DNA from: Chrysomallon squamiferum
Taxonomy: Eukaryota > Animalia > Mollusca
Reading direction: 5' to 3'
Assembly: GCA_012295275.1 (NCBI GenBank)
Contig: CM022675.1
Location: 9,858,001-9,922,000 of the forward strand
Length of the DNA stretch: 64,000 nucleotides
The notes below the pieces were generated by a model. That model saw only the letters and a list, made by a program, of their open reading frames with translations. It made no database searches and was not told the DNA's origin. Of the stretch, positions 42,048 to 56,801 are shown one piece after another; position 1 is the first letter of the stretch; each line of letters starts with the position of its first letter. Made by a program: the position numbers and the translations under genes.

Positions 42048-42744
42048 ACCCACCTCTCTCTCTCTCTCTCTCTCAACACCCACCTCTCTCTCACTCTCTG
42101 AAAATATCCACATCAGTTCATTACAATTTAATCATCTGCTCTTGACTGGAATTCTTCATCAATAAGATACATTAAATCTCACCATATTTTTTTATTCAGT
42201 CAAAAATTAATATCATTCCCACAATGCAACTGTTTATGTGTTATTATAAAATATGTTAATTGAATTTTTGATAAAATACATTTGAAATTCAGACATTAGC
42301 TTTAAAATAATTATATTGATATATCTATATCATATATCTTTATATCTATATCTATCTATCTATCTATCTATTGATATCTATATCTGTATATATAATATAT
42401 CTGGTATATGTATGTGTGTATTTGTATGTATACATATATACATGTATATTTCAAAGAACAAACTACAGGTGAAATGCTTTTAGTTTTTATGGATGGTTGC
42501 ACCCGACTTCAAGGTAAATTGAATACAAATCATTTCGTATATTTATAAAATGATGTCTTAATTCAATTTCACCTTTTCAGTTTATCTGATCAAGGTGTGT
42601 AACAGGTATTCTGCCAGGTTAATACAGGTGCAAGACCTTTTTACTTTCAAAAACCTTTTTATTTTTAATTTTTTTTTTTCCCTTGATAAAAAAACAGCAG
42701 TGGGCAAAGCTATTGCTTGGATAAAATATTTTGGTCTTATATTT

Positions 42745-42791
<47 letters not shown>

Positions 42792-43384
42792 GCGTGTGTG
42801 TTTGTGTATTTCTTGTATGCATATACGTATATATTTTGTGTGTGTCTGTCTGTGTGTGTTTAGATATACATGTACACATACACACAGCTGGAACCAGAGT
42901 TCACTGAGAGCATGATTTCATTTCACCCGTGACCGAAATATACGACATATCTACATATTTTAAAAAGTTAACAAAATGGAACATGTATGGCTGAATAAAC
43001 CATCTATGTACAAATACCTACATGTTGTCTTTGAGTTTCACCTAAAAAAAGCTCTCTACTTTTGTTCCAATGCAATATATCTATATCTAGTATCTCCATC
43101 TATATCTCTCTATCTGTTTGTCTATCTGTCTAACTATATATCTATCTGTCTATCTGTCTGTCTGTTTATGACTGACTGACTGTCTATCAGTCTGTCATTC
43201 TATATATGTGTGTATGTGTATGTATGTAAGTGTGTGTGTGTGTGTATGAATGTATGAATTATGTAAGAGTGTGTGTGTATGAATGCATGAATTACATAAG
43301 TGTGAATGTGCATAAATTACGTAAGTGTGTGTGTGTTTTTACCAGGAGAGAAATAAAATCACACAAACACAAACACACACACAT

Positions 43385-43434
<50 letters not shown>

Positions 43435-43868
43435 ATGCAAGCATGCATGCTCAGAGCTATATAAACACAAATACACACACACAGCTACATAAACAAACCT
43501 AGAGATTTTAAAACACACATACACAAACAGAAGTATAAACACATCCATATATTTATAAAAACACACACACACACACACACACACATATATGTATATGTGT
43601 GTGAGGTGTTAAACTTGTCCGCAGTCAGTTAAAAAGTTGAAGAAGAATCTATACAAGAAAACTAACGTTGTGTAAACAGAGGGGATCAAATTCAATATGG
43701 CTCCATTAATGGGAGAAAGATTTCATTCAGGGTTTATCATTTAAAAGTACTTTCTTGAAAACCATTCACAATTTACACAAAGCAAGGAGTGAGCTCGACT
43801 AAGAAATGTCAGTTATAATGTGTCTGGGAATTTAGACAATTTATTTCTTAATAGTTTGCAGATATGTG

Positions 43869-43904
<36 letters not shown>

Positions 43905-44118
43905 GTTTGGAGATGTATAAACATAGGTTGGAGATACGTTTTTATTTTTTATTATTAATATTAATATTATTATTATTTTCTATATATATATGGTTTGAAG
44001 ATATATAAACATAGGTTGGAGATCTGTTTTTATTTTTTATGATTAATATTATTATTATTTTTTTATATATATATAATTCAAAGATATATAAACAGTTTGG
44101 AGATAAGTTTTTATTTTT
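43905..44118. repeat. Three ~85-bp tandem units with internal (TAT)n/(TA)n
   Basis: AGAT(G/A)TATAAACA(TA)G(G/T)TTGGAGAT..GTTTTTATTTTT x3. Confidence 0.8.
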
Positions 44119-44439
44119 GTGTATGTCAGTGTTGTAAAATATAATTTGGTACATACATGTATATAATAAATGTGGTTTGTGTGTGTATGTCAGTTTATGT
44201 GTCATGTGTGCATGCATGTATATGCATATGTCTGTGTGTGTATGTATGTATGCACATATGCAAATATGTATATTCACAGACATATATATATATTACATAT
44301 ACACAACTTTATATATAAATAACACTACTATGTAGTATATATATATATTACAAGATATTGCTCAAACAAGTGAGCACATACCACAACATTTTAACACAAT
44401 ACCACTAACTAGAACATGAAAAACCATACTTGGTATCCT

Positions 44440-44498
44440 AACATGATTTGATCCCGCAGTCTTTCAAGCCTGAGTCAGACTCTTAAATGAACTAAGCT
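44440..44498 (-). mobile_element. Solo decayed tRNA/SINE-head-like fragment
   Basis: Minus strand reads AGCTTAGTTCATTTAAGAG...GACTGCGGGATCAAATC. Confidence 0.3.
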
Positions 44499-46146
44499 GT
44501 AGGTAACACATGGAATGTTAACAGAACTTTGATTTAGGTTAAATGTCACTAGTTGCTTAGATAGTATTATCTTGTAACATTTCCATGGAAACAGGTAACA
44601 TCCATGTTGTTGTCTGTCTGATGGCTATTAATTCTAATGGAGAATTGCTGTGTTGGAAACATTTGAAATTTTGTTATTAGTAAAGGTAAATAAATAAATA
44701 AATAGGTAGATAAATAAATAAGTAAATAGCTAAATAAATAAATAAGTAAGTAAATAAATAAATAAATAAATAAATAAGTAAATAAATAAGTAAATAAATA
44801 TATGAGGAAATAAGTAACTGAATGAATAAATAAAATAAAAAAATAAATTAATTAATTAATAAGTACATAAGGAAGTAAGTAAGGAAGTAAGTATATAAAT
44901 ACATAAAGAGATAATGTTAAGTAAATTAAGAACTTGTCGTACAATAAAAAAATACTTTGTGAATGTTCTTGTTTTCAAGTACTGTATACTATTGCACTGA
45001 TTCAGCTATTTCATTGTCTTAAGCAATTTAATGACATGTATGGAGAAAATATTGTAAAAGTCTAAAATTACGATATTAAATATCATTTTTAGTTCTTGAA
45101 AAATGCAGTATACAACTTTTGTATTAACAGGACATAAGTAACTGTAGTGGTTCATGTTTTTATCCCTGAGCAATGACTAGAATTAATTAATAATGAATAT
45201 TTGGGCTGATTACAATATGTTAATATTAATAATATTAATACTAATAGTTTATTATTATTATTATTATTTATGTTTTCTATGATGGTGGTTTGAAGGATAT
45301 TTAAGAAAAAACAACAACAGATTTTTAAGTATTTATGGCTATGTTTCTTTTTCTTTTTCTACGTTTTTTTTTTTTTTTACATCCGTATTATTTTTAACAG
45401 TTTTACATCACTGAAGCACTTTTCCTTAAATTGGCTTTCTTACTGATAAGAAAAAAAATCAGAGTAACTGGTGAAAAAAACCAATATCGTCTATCTTGAC
45501 AGATGCGCTCGAAATTATCTCCCCTCATTGATAGGCCATGAGTTATCTCCCTTTATTGATAGCCAATGAAATGTTATTTAATTTAAATCTCTTTAACATT
45601 TGTGATAGAATGGATCCCAATTTCACACAAAGTTACTCTGACAAACTTCGACTGATAACTTTGATCTGGAAGACGAGAAAAATAGAGGCGTTGTATTTTA
45701 ATTTTCTGATTAAATGTAAAAGGTTAAAGACTGTGACCTTGACATTTAACAGGGAGTGTTCATTTTGGCTCAGTGTTTTAAATGTTGAACTGAGATATTG
45801 GAAATCACAGAATCAATTCTTTGTAGTTCTTCATAGATATGCACGTATATACATACATACATACATACATACATACATACATACATACATACATACATAC
45901 ATACAGACACACACACACATGGACATACATACATACATACATACAAACATACATACCTACACACACACCACACACACACTAACATTTACACATATGCAAA
46001 AGTAATAAATAAATAAACTGAAATGAAATGAAAATAAATAAATAAAACTATTAAAATTTCATTTACAAAATTAAAAAAAATGGTAAACTGAATTACTTAA
46101 ATAGGTGTGAATGTTCAAAAAAAAAAAAAAAAAAAAAAATAAATAA

Positions 46147-46192
<46 letters not shown>

Positions 46193-46629
46193 AAAAAAAA
46201 AAAAAAAATAATAAAATGAATAAATGAAATAAAAGAAAATAATAAAAAATGTAACATATAAACAAAACAAAACAAACACATAAACAAACAAAATAAACAA
46301 AACCAACACTTTAAAAAACAAACAACAAAAACAAATCTCATCAAATCTTCAAAACATAACACACACATCTGTTTATAAAAAAAACCCCTGCAAAATCTTT
46401 AAAAAAACCAACAGTCTAACCACAGTGAAAACGCTATAAAAAATAAAACCAGGTAGAGATATATGTTACCTCTTATTGTGCAGGTAATGTAAATGATGGG
46501 GGGTAAAAATGTGAAAGGTGTGTCAAATGTTAGGTCTAAGAACCCCTGACATTTCTTAAATCGTGTGAGATTACCTCTTCACTCATTGACTGGCTCTCAG
46601 CTGGTTGCGTAGGTACGTACGAGTGTGTT

Positions 46630-46690
46630 TTGTAATAGAAGTATGATGTCAGATTAAATAAACATTTGTGGTGAATTTGGAACATTTTGG

Positions 46691-46733
<43 letters not shown>

Positions 46734-46879
46734 GTAATAGAAGTATGATGTCAGATTAAATAAACATTTGTGGTGAATTTGGAACATTTTGGAAGTCTGT
46801 GTGTGTGTGTGTGTGTGTTTTGTAATAGAAGTATGATGTCAGATTAAATAAACATTTGTGTGAATTTGGAACATTTTGG

Positions 46880-46914
<35 letters not shown>

Positions 46915-46975
46915 GTAATAGAAGTATGATGTCAGATTAAATAAACATTTGTGGTGAATTTGGAACATTTTGGAA

Positions 46976-47008
<33 letters not shown>
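46630..47008. repeat. Four near-identical 64-bp units separated by variable-length (TG)n tracts
   Basis: TTGTAATAGAAGTATGATGTCAGATTAAATAAACATTTGTGGTGAATTTGGAACATTTTGGAAG at 46630-693, 46732-795, 46820-882 (1-nt deletion) and 46913-976. Confidence 0.95.
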
Positions 47009-47010
<2 letters not shown>

Positions 47011-48009
47011 GGACTGGTTGTTCAGTGTGTATGTGTGTGTTTTTGTATGTATGAATATATTTGAGAGTACATTTGTCTGAATGTATCTACTTATATTTGA
47101 ATGTATATATACATATGTATGTGTTGATGGATGGATGGATGTGTATGTATGTATGTATATGTATGTATGTATGTGCAAGTATGTGTGTATGTGTGTATAT
47201 ATATATATATACATGCACACATACATACATATAAGTAGATAACTTTTTGTTTCTGCACAAAATGAATCACATAACTATTATCATAACAAATGAATCAACT
47301 TACGTAACGACTAAAATTAATTTAACAAGCTAACGAGTACAGACAGGGAAACACAGTTTAAAATAAAAACCAGGTAAATCCAGGATTGAGATTTTAAAAC
47401 AACACAGGTGTGTTAATTACAGGTGAGTCTCTTTATTATTTCTGACACTTAGAGGAGATTTCATTTTTCAAAATAGTTAATATTTTTAGGCATTTCAGTT
47501 TAAGTTATTTTCGTCATTTTTTTTCGGTTGGTTATTTTTGTTATGTCATTTTGACCTTTTGTTGTGTATTTGGTAATACATGTAGGTTTCTTTTCTAGTG
47601 TAGATTTCTGTGCAAATGTTACGTACATTATATATGGATTGTTCAGAATGTTAATATTGACTTATTTCTGTGGTTGATGATGTTTGAATCTTGAGCATTG
47701 ATTGTGCTCTTATTGAGATTTGTTTCATTTTTTTTTTTTTAATAAGAAAATAGTTACATGCTTTTATTTAGGTTTCTTCTTTTAATTTGTATTTTGTGTG
47801 TGTGTGTGTATTTCTCTCTCTCTCTCTCTCTCTCATCTATCACTAATAATGATATTGATGATGCATATAATATATAAATAAATAAAATGAATAAAAAAAT
47901 AAAACTATCCAAAACATTCACTTTAAAATTTTTAAATTAAATCTTTTAACTTAACTTTCCTAAATACAGCTTATATCTTAAATATTAATAGGCCATAGTA
48001 TGCTTTGGA

Positions 48010-48089
<80 letters not shown>

Positions 48090-48092
<3 letters not shown>

Positions 48093-48265
48093 GAGAGATA
48101 ATGAAAGACAGAAAAAGAGAAATAAAGAGGAGAGTGAGTAAGAGAGAGAGAGAGATAATGAAAGACAGAAAAAGAGAAATAAAGAGGAGAGTGAGTAAGA
48201 GAGAGAAAGAGAGATAATGAAAGACAGAAAAAGAGAAATAAAGAGGAGAGTGAGAGAGAGAGAGA
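48090..48265. repeat. Triplicated ~56-60-bp GA-rich unit
   Basis: GATAATGAAAGACAGAAAAAGAGAAATAAAGAGGAGAGTGAG x3, following a (GA)n tract. Confidence 0.9.
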
Positions 48266-48671
48266 GAAGGCTGGATAAGTATCTATAAAAAAATTAATAT
48301 GTTATACAGAAAAAAGAGAGAAATGGAAATAAAAAGAGAGAAAGAAAAAAGAGACAAATACTGACAAAGAAAACTTCAGTAAAATAACATCATACTCTCA
48401 GTATCTTCATTATTTCATTTATCATTTTAATAACCAAATCTTACCCTTTCCCTCACAGCTCTTTATTATAATTTTTTTTAACACCAATAAAACAAAATGG
48501 TTTCTTCCTAACAATATTCTCCCACTGCTTTCCTTCCTCTTGAATGGTGCATTAGGAACGATCCACTTTTCTCAAGGGGTGGACGAGTGAAGTCAAAAAC
48601 TATCCTATTGTAACACAACCAGCACACAACCCATAACAGTATTTGAGCTTGGTCTATGATACTGTACGGGG

Positions 48672-48706
<35 letters not shown>

Positions 48707-50163
48707 AAAAAATAAAAAAACCCTGAGTGTGAAGGGAAACATTATAGTCTCTGATCTGTTAAAGGGACTGGATAAAAAGGGACTATTTCGGAGGTGGATA
48801 GCAAAACGCGACCGAAGTCACATGTGTGTGTTAGGACAGTTTACAGAAAAGTGGGCTGGTTTTTGGAGATAGACTAACTAGGCAAGGGAACAGAGAGACG
48901 TAGTCTGGTGTTGTGTGCGAGACTGAGAGGAAGCAGTACAGAGGATATTTCAGTGTATGTGAAGTTGTTGATTTTTTTTTCTTCTTCTTCTTCTGTGTAG
49001 TTGTAGTTGGTCTCTGAGGTTTAGATTTATTTTCTTAGCCTTGTTGTTGAAGATTTGTTACTTCATTTTTTTTTTTTTTTTATTTTATTATTGTTGTTTT
49101 ATTTCTTCTTATTGTTATTATTATATTATTTATTACTGTTATTATTATTATTATTATTATTATTTATTATTATCATTATCATCATCATTATTATTACCAT
49201 TATTATTATTATTATTATTATTATTAGTAGTAGTAGTAGTAGTAGCAGTAGTAGCAGTAGTAGTATATTATTAATATTATCATCATTACTATTACCACAG
49301 CTATTACTACTACTATTACTACTACTGTCACTACTATTATTATCATTCAAAAAGTTTTATATACATGAATATATATCTTTTTTTTTTGTTACTTTTAAAT
49401 CTAACAACAGACAGAAACATATAACTGTTCTTACTATTCAAGGATATTTTTTTATATTTTATTCAGAAGATTTGCAGTCTGCCTGCAAATGAGATGTTAA
49501 TCTTGGAAACAATTCGTGGATGTGTTTCACCACTAACAGTCGTAGAAATGAGCTGACAGCAACTACAATAACAATTACTACTACTACTACTACCACTACT
49601 CTGAAGAAAAGTGCAAGTAAAAAAACAGAAGTTCACGACATTTCTTGTTTTGGAGAATAAAAAACGATTCGTCACGGTTCAGTGATTGTTTTAAAATCGC
49701 ACATCAGAGATTTTGCAGAATTTATCCAAGTGAATGCAACAAGTGATATAATCATTTAAAAAAAATCTTATTTTTTTATTTCACCTGGATAATCTTTGAA
49801 GACTGAAAAAAAAAAGAAAGGAAGTTTGTGAGTCACTAACAGAAAAAAAAAAGTTTATTTATATAAGATTTTTTTTTTTTTTTTCAACTGTGAATTAAAC
49901 GGGTCATATTAATAGATAATAGTGTATGTGTGTGTGTGTGTCTTACCTGGATTTTGTGGTTTTTTATCTGTACCTGATACCTGAGGTTTACACCTGGGAT
50001 GTAGGGAACGAGCTTGAGTCACACAGGTGAGATTTTTACTTATTCTAGTAAGATAAGATATATTGCAGAGGATTTACTATGATAATTAATTTGTACTGCA
50101 TAAGTGTAACTGATACGTATGTATGTATGTATGTAGGTATGTGTATAGGTATGTGTGAATGCT

Positions 50164-50205
<42 letters not shown>

Positions 50206-50459
50206 TGTATGTATTTATGGGTCTATTTATGTTACTACATGTGTAGGTGTATATGTATGTTTGTATGTTTTTATGTATGTATGTGTGTGTGTATATATGT
50301 ATGTATGTATTTATAAAGTTATATTTGTATGTGTTTTTGTGTGTGTGTGTGTGTGTGAGTGTGAGTGAGTGTGAATGTGTATGTGTATAGGTACAGGTGC
50401 ATTTATGTATGTGTATGTATGTATATATATATATTCATCCATGTTTATTAGATAACCTT

Positions 50460-50490
<31 letters not shown>

Positions 50491-50813
50491 GTTTATATGT
50501 TTATATGTGTGTGTGTGTGTGTACTATTAGATACAGATGCTAATTTAAATATCCCAGGTAGATACATTTTAGTGCAAAAAATAGGTGAAATTTAAATTTA
50601 TTTCACCTGTCTGCATAATCATATTAAATACATTTCATTGGAATTATGCCTTGTTATACATGCAAACTTTAATACCCCCTTCTGTCATCGTATATTGTAA
50701 TATATACACAAAATATGAATGATTAGAAAACTACATTATTGCACATGTAAATTTAATATCCATATCCAGCACACATGAACACACATTCAGACAGACAGAC
50801 AGACAGACAGACA

Positions 50814-50873
<60 letters not shown>

Positions 50874-53106
50874 AGTAGATATAGTTTAATACATAACTAT
50901 GTGAATGGAATTAGGTGTAACATATATGTACTTAATGACATTTAATGTATTGCATATTGTTAATAACTTTACTATGGAACATATATAAATATTTTACTAT
51001 TGGTATTTAAATATATATATATATATATAAAAAGATAGATAGATAGATATATACTTGTATGTGATAATATCAAGGTTAAATACATAGATACATGTAACAT
51101 ACACAGGTATGTTCCTAACAATGTAATGTTATTTATAGCTGTTATGAATTTCATTGCTTATTACATTATAACATTTAATATATTATTATTCAGTGATATT
51201 TAGGTATTTAATACATTACTAATGATATTATATTTAAAGTTATTACCAAAATAAAGCTATTTATTATACCAGTAATATAATAGCATTTAATATATTACAC
51301 CCTGTATAATAATATACATTATACAAGTAATATTACTGTATTTAATAAATATCTAGTAATATTATTATATTAATATATTCATACTAATATTATTATATTT
51401 ATTTTATTTATTTTATTTATTATTTATTTCTAAATATATTAAAATATATTAACATAAATATAATGGTGAACATGTTAAAATGGTAGAAAGTAGCATTTTA
51501 AAAACTCTATATAAGTTATAGACTTTGACTAGCTTGAAGATTTTGAAATTGGAAAAATAAAACATAACTGTGCATTTAATATATTACTGCCAATATAATT
51601 ACATTTAATATATTACTACTGTTATCGTCATATTTATTATATTCTTAGTGATATCTGGACATTTAATATATTATTACAGATATTACGATATTTGATATAT
51701 TACATGTATAAAGATATGATAACATTGGATATATTGCATCATCACGAATCTCTACAGACATGGGCAAAACCAGTGCATTCTGAAATGCAACAGAAAGTTC
51801 TGTAGATAAAATGTAATTTTATTAGATAACCTTTATATTAGATTTGATTTTTTTTTATATTAAAAAATGTTCTGCACGTTTGGTTTTTGGGGCTGGTGTG
51901 TGTGTCTGTATAGCTTCACTATGTCTATCTGTTTAAAAATCCATTTTTATAAATGAATTTTTATGATGTGATGATTTCAATTTATTTGTATATTCTCTTC
52001 CTCTTTCATTCACTGCATGACAATCAATTAAATTTTCATTCAATTAAATTTTCATTCAATTATTTATTCATTTAAAGATTCATTTTTTCATGTCTTTGAA
52101 TAAATGAATAACAGATGGATGGATATATGGATGGATGGATGAATGAAAGGATGAATGATAACCCATTACAAATGATTCAAAATCCATGTTGAATCACTGA
52201 CATGCTTTTCTGCAGCGAAACATAAAAACAAACAAAAAGAAGAACAAATGAAGGAACTGCAAAATAAAAAATGCCCCAAAACAGTCCATTAATTCTCAAA
52301 TGTGTTTTGATTTGACTTGAAACAACATTCTTATGTTTCTTAGTTGTCTTTTTTCTTTTTTTCTTTAAATGTTCCTTTTCCCCCTTTTTAATTTTTTTTT
52401 TTTTTTTTTTTCAAAATAATTATGCCTATAATTTAGTAGTGCCTCTCTTTACAGAAGTTGTGTATTCATCCATGTTGTTAACTCCTTTAATCATTTACCT
52501 GCTTATACATGACATAGTGGTGCATTCATGCATATATACTCACATACCTATCTACATACATGCATACATACATATATATATACATACATAAATATACACA
52601 TACACACAAACATACATATATATATATATACAAACTCACAAATACATACATACACATACACACTTATCTATATATCGATATCAATCTCTATCTATATATA
52701 TACACACACACACATAAACATACACACATACACAATCAAATCCCACAAACACAATCACATACACATATACACTTACATACATGCATACATACATACATAT
52801 GTATCATATACATACATAAATACATACATGTATATACGACACACCCTAGCAATGCTACAAGTTATTCAACTGTTAGAAATCCCATTTAAATGCTTTTCAC
52901 AGCCTTTAATTACTTTTAAAATTGTATAATTATGAGGCAGGTTAGCTGCTGTGTGAATGCAAGGAACCTATTGTCCCTTTGCCGTTTTGTTGTAGGAGCA
53001 ACAATTTAAAAATATTTTCTTTTACTTTAATCAGCGGACCATTTGTAATGTGGGTTATATATTCATTGAGTGAGAGAAAGAAAGAGGGAGAGGGGAGAAG
53101 GGGGAG

Positions 53107-53192
<86 letters not shown>

Positions 53193-53338
53193 GATTACTG
53201 TGAATGTATGTATGTATGAGTGTGTGTATATCTATGTATGTATGAGTGTGTGTATATCTATGTATGTACATATGTGTGTATTTATTTATTAATTGAAAGA
53301 CAGAGAAATTTGGAAAGAAAAATAAAAAAAATAGAGTA

Positions 53339-53380
<42 letters not shown>

Positions 53381-53589
53381 TAAGAACAAGAAAATTACAT
53401 AAAAAGCAGTGCAGTGCATGAAAAAGAGAGAGAGAGAATGTAGGAGAAGTAAAATGAATGACTGAATGAGAGACAGAAGATAAAAGAGAGATTTATTAAG
53501 GCTACTACTAAAGATAAACAAATATACGACACCACACTTTTAACTCTTTTTATGAATGGACTCTGGTATCTGCTGAGACCAGAAGATTA

Positions 53590-53682
53590 ACACAAAGACC
53601 GTTTTGACTTATACAAAGACCATGGTTTAGTACAAAGACCACCAGTACAACATAAAGACCAGCTGACCCATATAAGACCATT
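53590..53682. repeat. Five ~20-bp units anchored on AAGACC
   Basis: ACAAAGACC / ATAAAGACC / ATAAGACC at regular ~20-bp spacing. Confidence 0.7.
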
Positions 53683-54345
53683 TCACATCCACAAACTGCA
53701 GACAGAAAGTATTAGGAACTCCTAATTGTCTGAGAAAGAAAGTTAAGTTAAAGAACTCTGCAGCTATTACCACAAAAGGTCACGGTTATCTTAAATAGGT
53801 TACCTGAGATAACGAGTACTTACTTACCTGTACACCTGTCAAAAAATTGCACCTTGCTGTGGCAGCCACCTCCATTTCCCTCCCTTCTCTCTCCCCCAGC
53901 TGTAATAAATCCTCCATTCCCACCACCCCCTGACTTTAATAAATCTAAAATAGGATAAAATAACTGTTGATAGGTTTTATACAGCATGTGTGGTTTGTTT
54001 TCTGTATAATAGTTAATTTAGCTGTAGATATCAAAATGCAGTTCACTTACCTGGATGCAGCTGTTCAGGTAATAAACTTATCTTGAAAAAAATCTGGTGA
54101 TGAAGATGATGTAGATGATGACAATCATCATCTTGATAAAGATAGTTGTGATGATAAAATGGATTAATGAATCTTTTTTCTACTATTACTAATATTGCTA
54201 CTACTGTTGCTGCTGTTGCTACTACTACTACAATTATTACTGTATATGTTAATATATGTATATTATACATGAAAATCTATGTATTTATATGTATATATGT
54301 TTGTATATATGTATGTATGTATGTATGTATATGTATATACATATA

Positions 54346-54409
<64 letters not shown>

Positions 54410-55927
54410 AATAAATGCATATGTATGTGTGTGTTTGTTTTTGTATATTTTTGTCTGTGTACATGCACATGAATGTATTTGTACCATCAAAAATAATACA
54501 GAGGTATATCCATTACTGACTCATATGCTTGAGTTAATCCTATGATCCTTATTAATAACATATCTACATATTTGAGATTAACCTCTAATCTATCTGTACA
54601 TAGTCATTTCAGTAAAATGATTTATCATCACAAACCGCTGATATAAACATAATACCTTCATAATTAATAACTTATGTAAATTAGATAATTGCATGATTAA
54701 TAAATTATGTAAATTAGACATTCCTCGAATAAATACTCATCCTGTTAAGAACATTTGTTTTTGTGGAATGGATGCATAGCATTTATTAGTCACTTAATTA
54801 AAACTGTTTTGGCTTTTTATTATCATTCATTTTAAAATTAATTTGATCTTTTAATAACATATTTTTATGCTTCTGTTATTTTACTACAACCACTACTGCT
54901 GCTATTACTACTACTACTACTATTGCAGAAACAAATACTACTTTTATTACTGGTGGTACTGTTACTATTATTATAAAGATATGTTCAACAACATCAACTG
55001 CTACTATTGTTGTAACTACTACTACTACTACTATTACAAAAACTACTACTATTACAACAACTACTACTATTACTACTACTACTACTACTACTACTACTAC
55101 CGCTGCTACTACTGCTACTACTAATGGTGATACAGCTACCTGCTGCTGCTCCTTCCCAGTTGTTTTTTCAACATTAAATTTATCTTGTTACTTCTTTGCT
55201 TTTCATAACAGCAAATTTCTTTTTAACATTTAAATGCATCTTTTTAACATTTATCCCATTCATTTGTTAAATTTACCTTGTTAATAATTTTCTATTCTTT
55301 CATTAAATCCCCCCCCTCTTTTTTTTTTCAACATTAAATTTGTCTAGTTTTTTCTTTGTTTATCACAAAGCATCTGTTAATCCCATTCACTGAAAAGTGC
55401 CTGACACTAAACACACCTAACGACATCCATCCATTACTCCTCTCAGTGTTTGCAGAGAAATTCTTTGGGCAAGTTTTTCTTTCTGGCACTTTTGTGAAAA
55501 AAAAATCCAAAATTCACAAAAACAGGATCACCGTCTAATGAACACTTACGATTACTTAAGAGGTGGATGGGCGACATGTGATCCAAGTTTGCTGTCATTT
55601 AATCCTTTTCAATCCTTGTATGGGTGGGTGTTGCGGAGAAATGTCGCAATCCTTCGCTGCCAGAAAGAGAGAACAAAGAATATGGCTAATTATCAAGTAA
55701 AAATGGGCCAGAATTTTTTTTTTTTTTTTTTTTTTTTTGGGGGTGTTTGTCTCTAGTAGTTTTTTTTAACAAATTTTGTGTGTTGACTTTTTGTTGAAGC
55801 TTCATTCATCTACAAAGAGAGACTGTTAAAGAGAGGGGCTTGTATGAAAACTCTTGATTTAGATAGAGAAAAAGAGGGTGGTTTGTTATACATGTGTGTC
55901 AGAGATAGATACAGAGAGCTGTTTGTA

Positions 55928-55962
<35 letters not shown>

Positions 55963-56276
55963 TGAGAGATAGATAAAGAGAGAGAGGAGAAAGAGAGAAA
56001 GAATGAAAGAGAGAAAGAGAGAGAGAAAGAGAGAAAGAATCAAAGAGAGAGAGAGACACACACACACAGATAAAGAAAAATAAACTTTTAATTAAGAGAG
56101 AGAAATAATGTATATGTATGTATGTGGATAAGAGAGAAAGACAAAAAGAGGGAGAAAGACATGCAGAGGTGAGAGAAAAAAGAAAAAATAAAACAGGCAT
56201 GCAGAATGGAGAATTAGAAAAAAAAGATTCATATAATTATATGTATCCTTATATATGCATATAGATAGATAGATGG

Positions 56277-56321
<45 letters not shown>

Positions 56322-56766
56322 GACAATCAATATAAAAACCAAAAAAAAAAAAAAAAACCCCCAGAAAAAACAGAATCAAAATGAGAAGATATTTAAAAAA
56401 TGGACACTATTATATCACTGACACTATTGAATTTTATCCAGAGGATATCAGATACTGAGATAACTACAAGATACCTTATAGCTGCAGGATAACCACTTGA
56501 TAGCCATGTACTGTCATACCTGATACATATAACACGTATCTAATAGCCACAGATTAGTGACTGTAAGATGAATGTGCTATTTAATAGCTTTAATTGTTTG
56601 TAGGTAAAAACATCTTCAGTAAGATGTGTTAGTGTGTGATTGTGTGTGTGTATATATATGTATGTTTCAGTGTAGATCCATTTGTTTGTATGTGTGTGAG
56701 TGTGTATATATGTGTGTTTTGTGTATGTGTGTATGTCTCTGTGTAGGTATGGCCATTTGTATGTAT

Positions 56767-56801
<35 letters not shown>

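Noticed and set aside
46116-46215. Poly(A) tail of a retrocopy or LINE
   Set aside because: No upstream element body or target-site duplication; one of many A/T homopolymers in the window.
46630-47008. CRISPR-like array
   Set aside because: Spacers are (TG)n rather than unique sequence, the 64-bp repeat is too long, there are no cas genes, and the context is eukaryotic.
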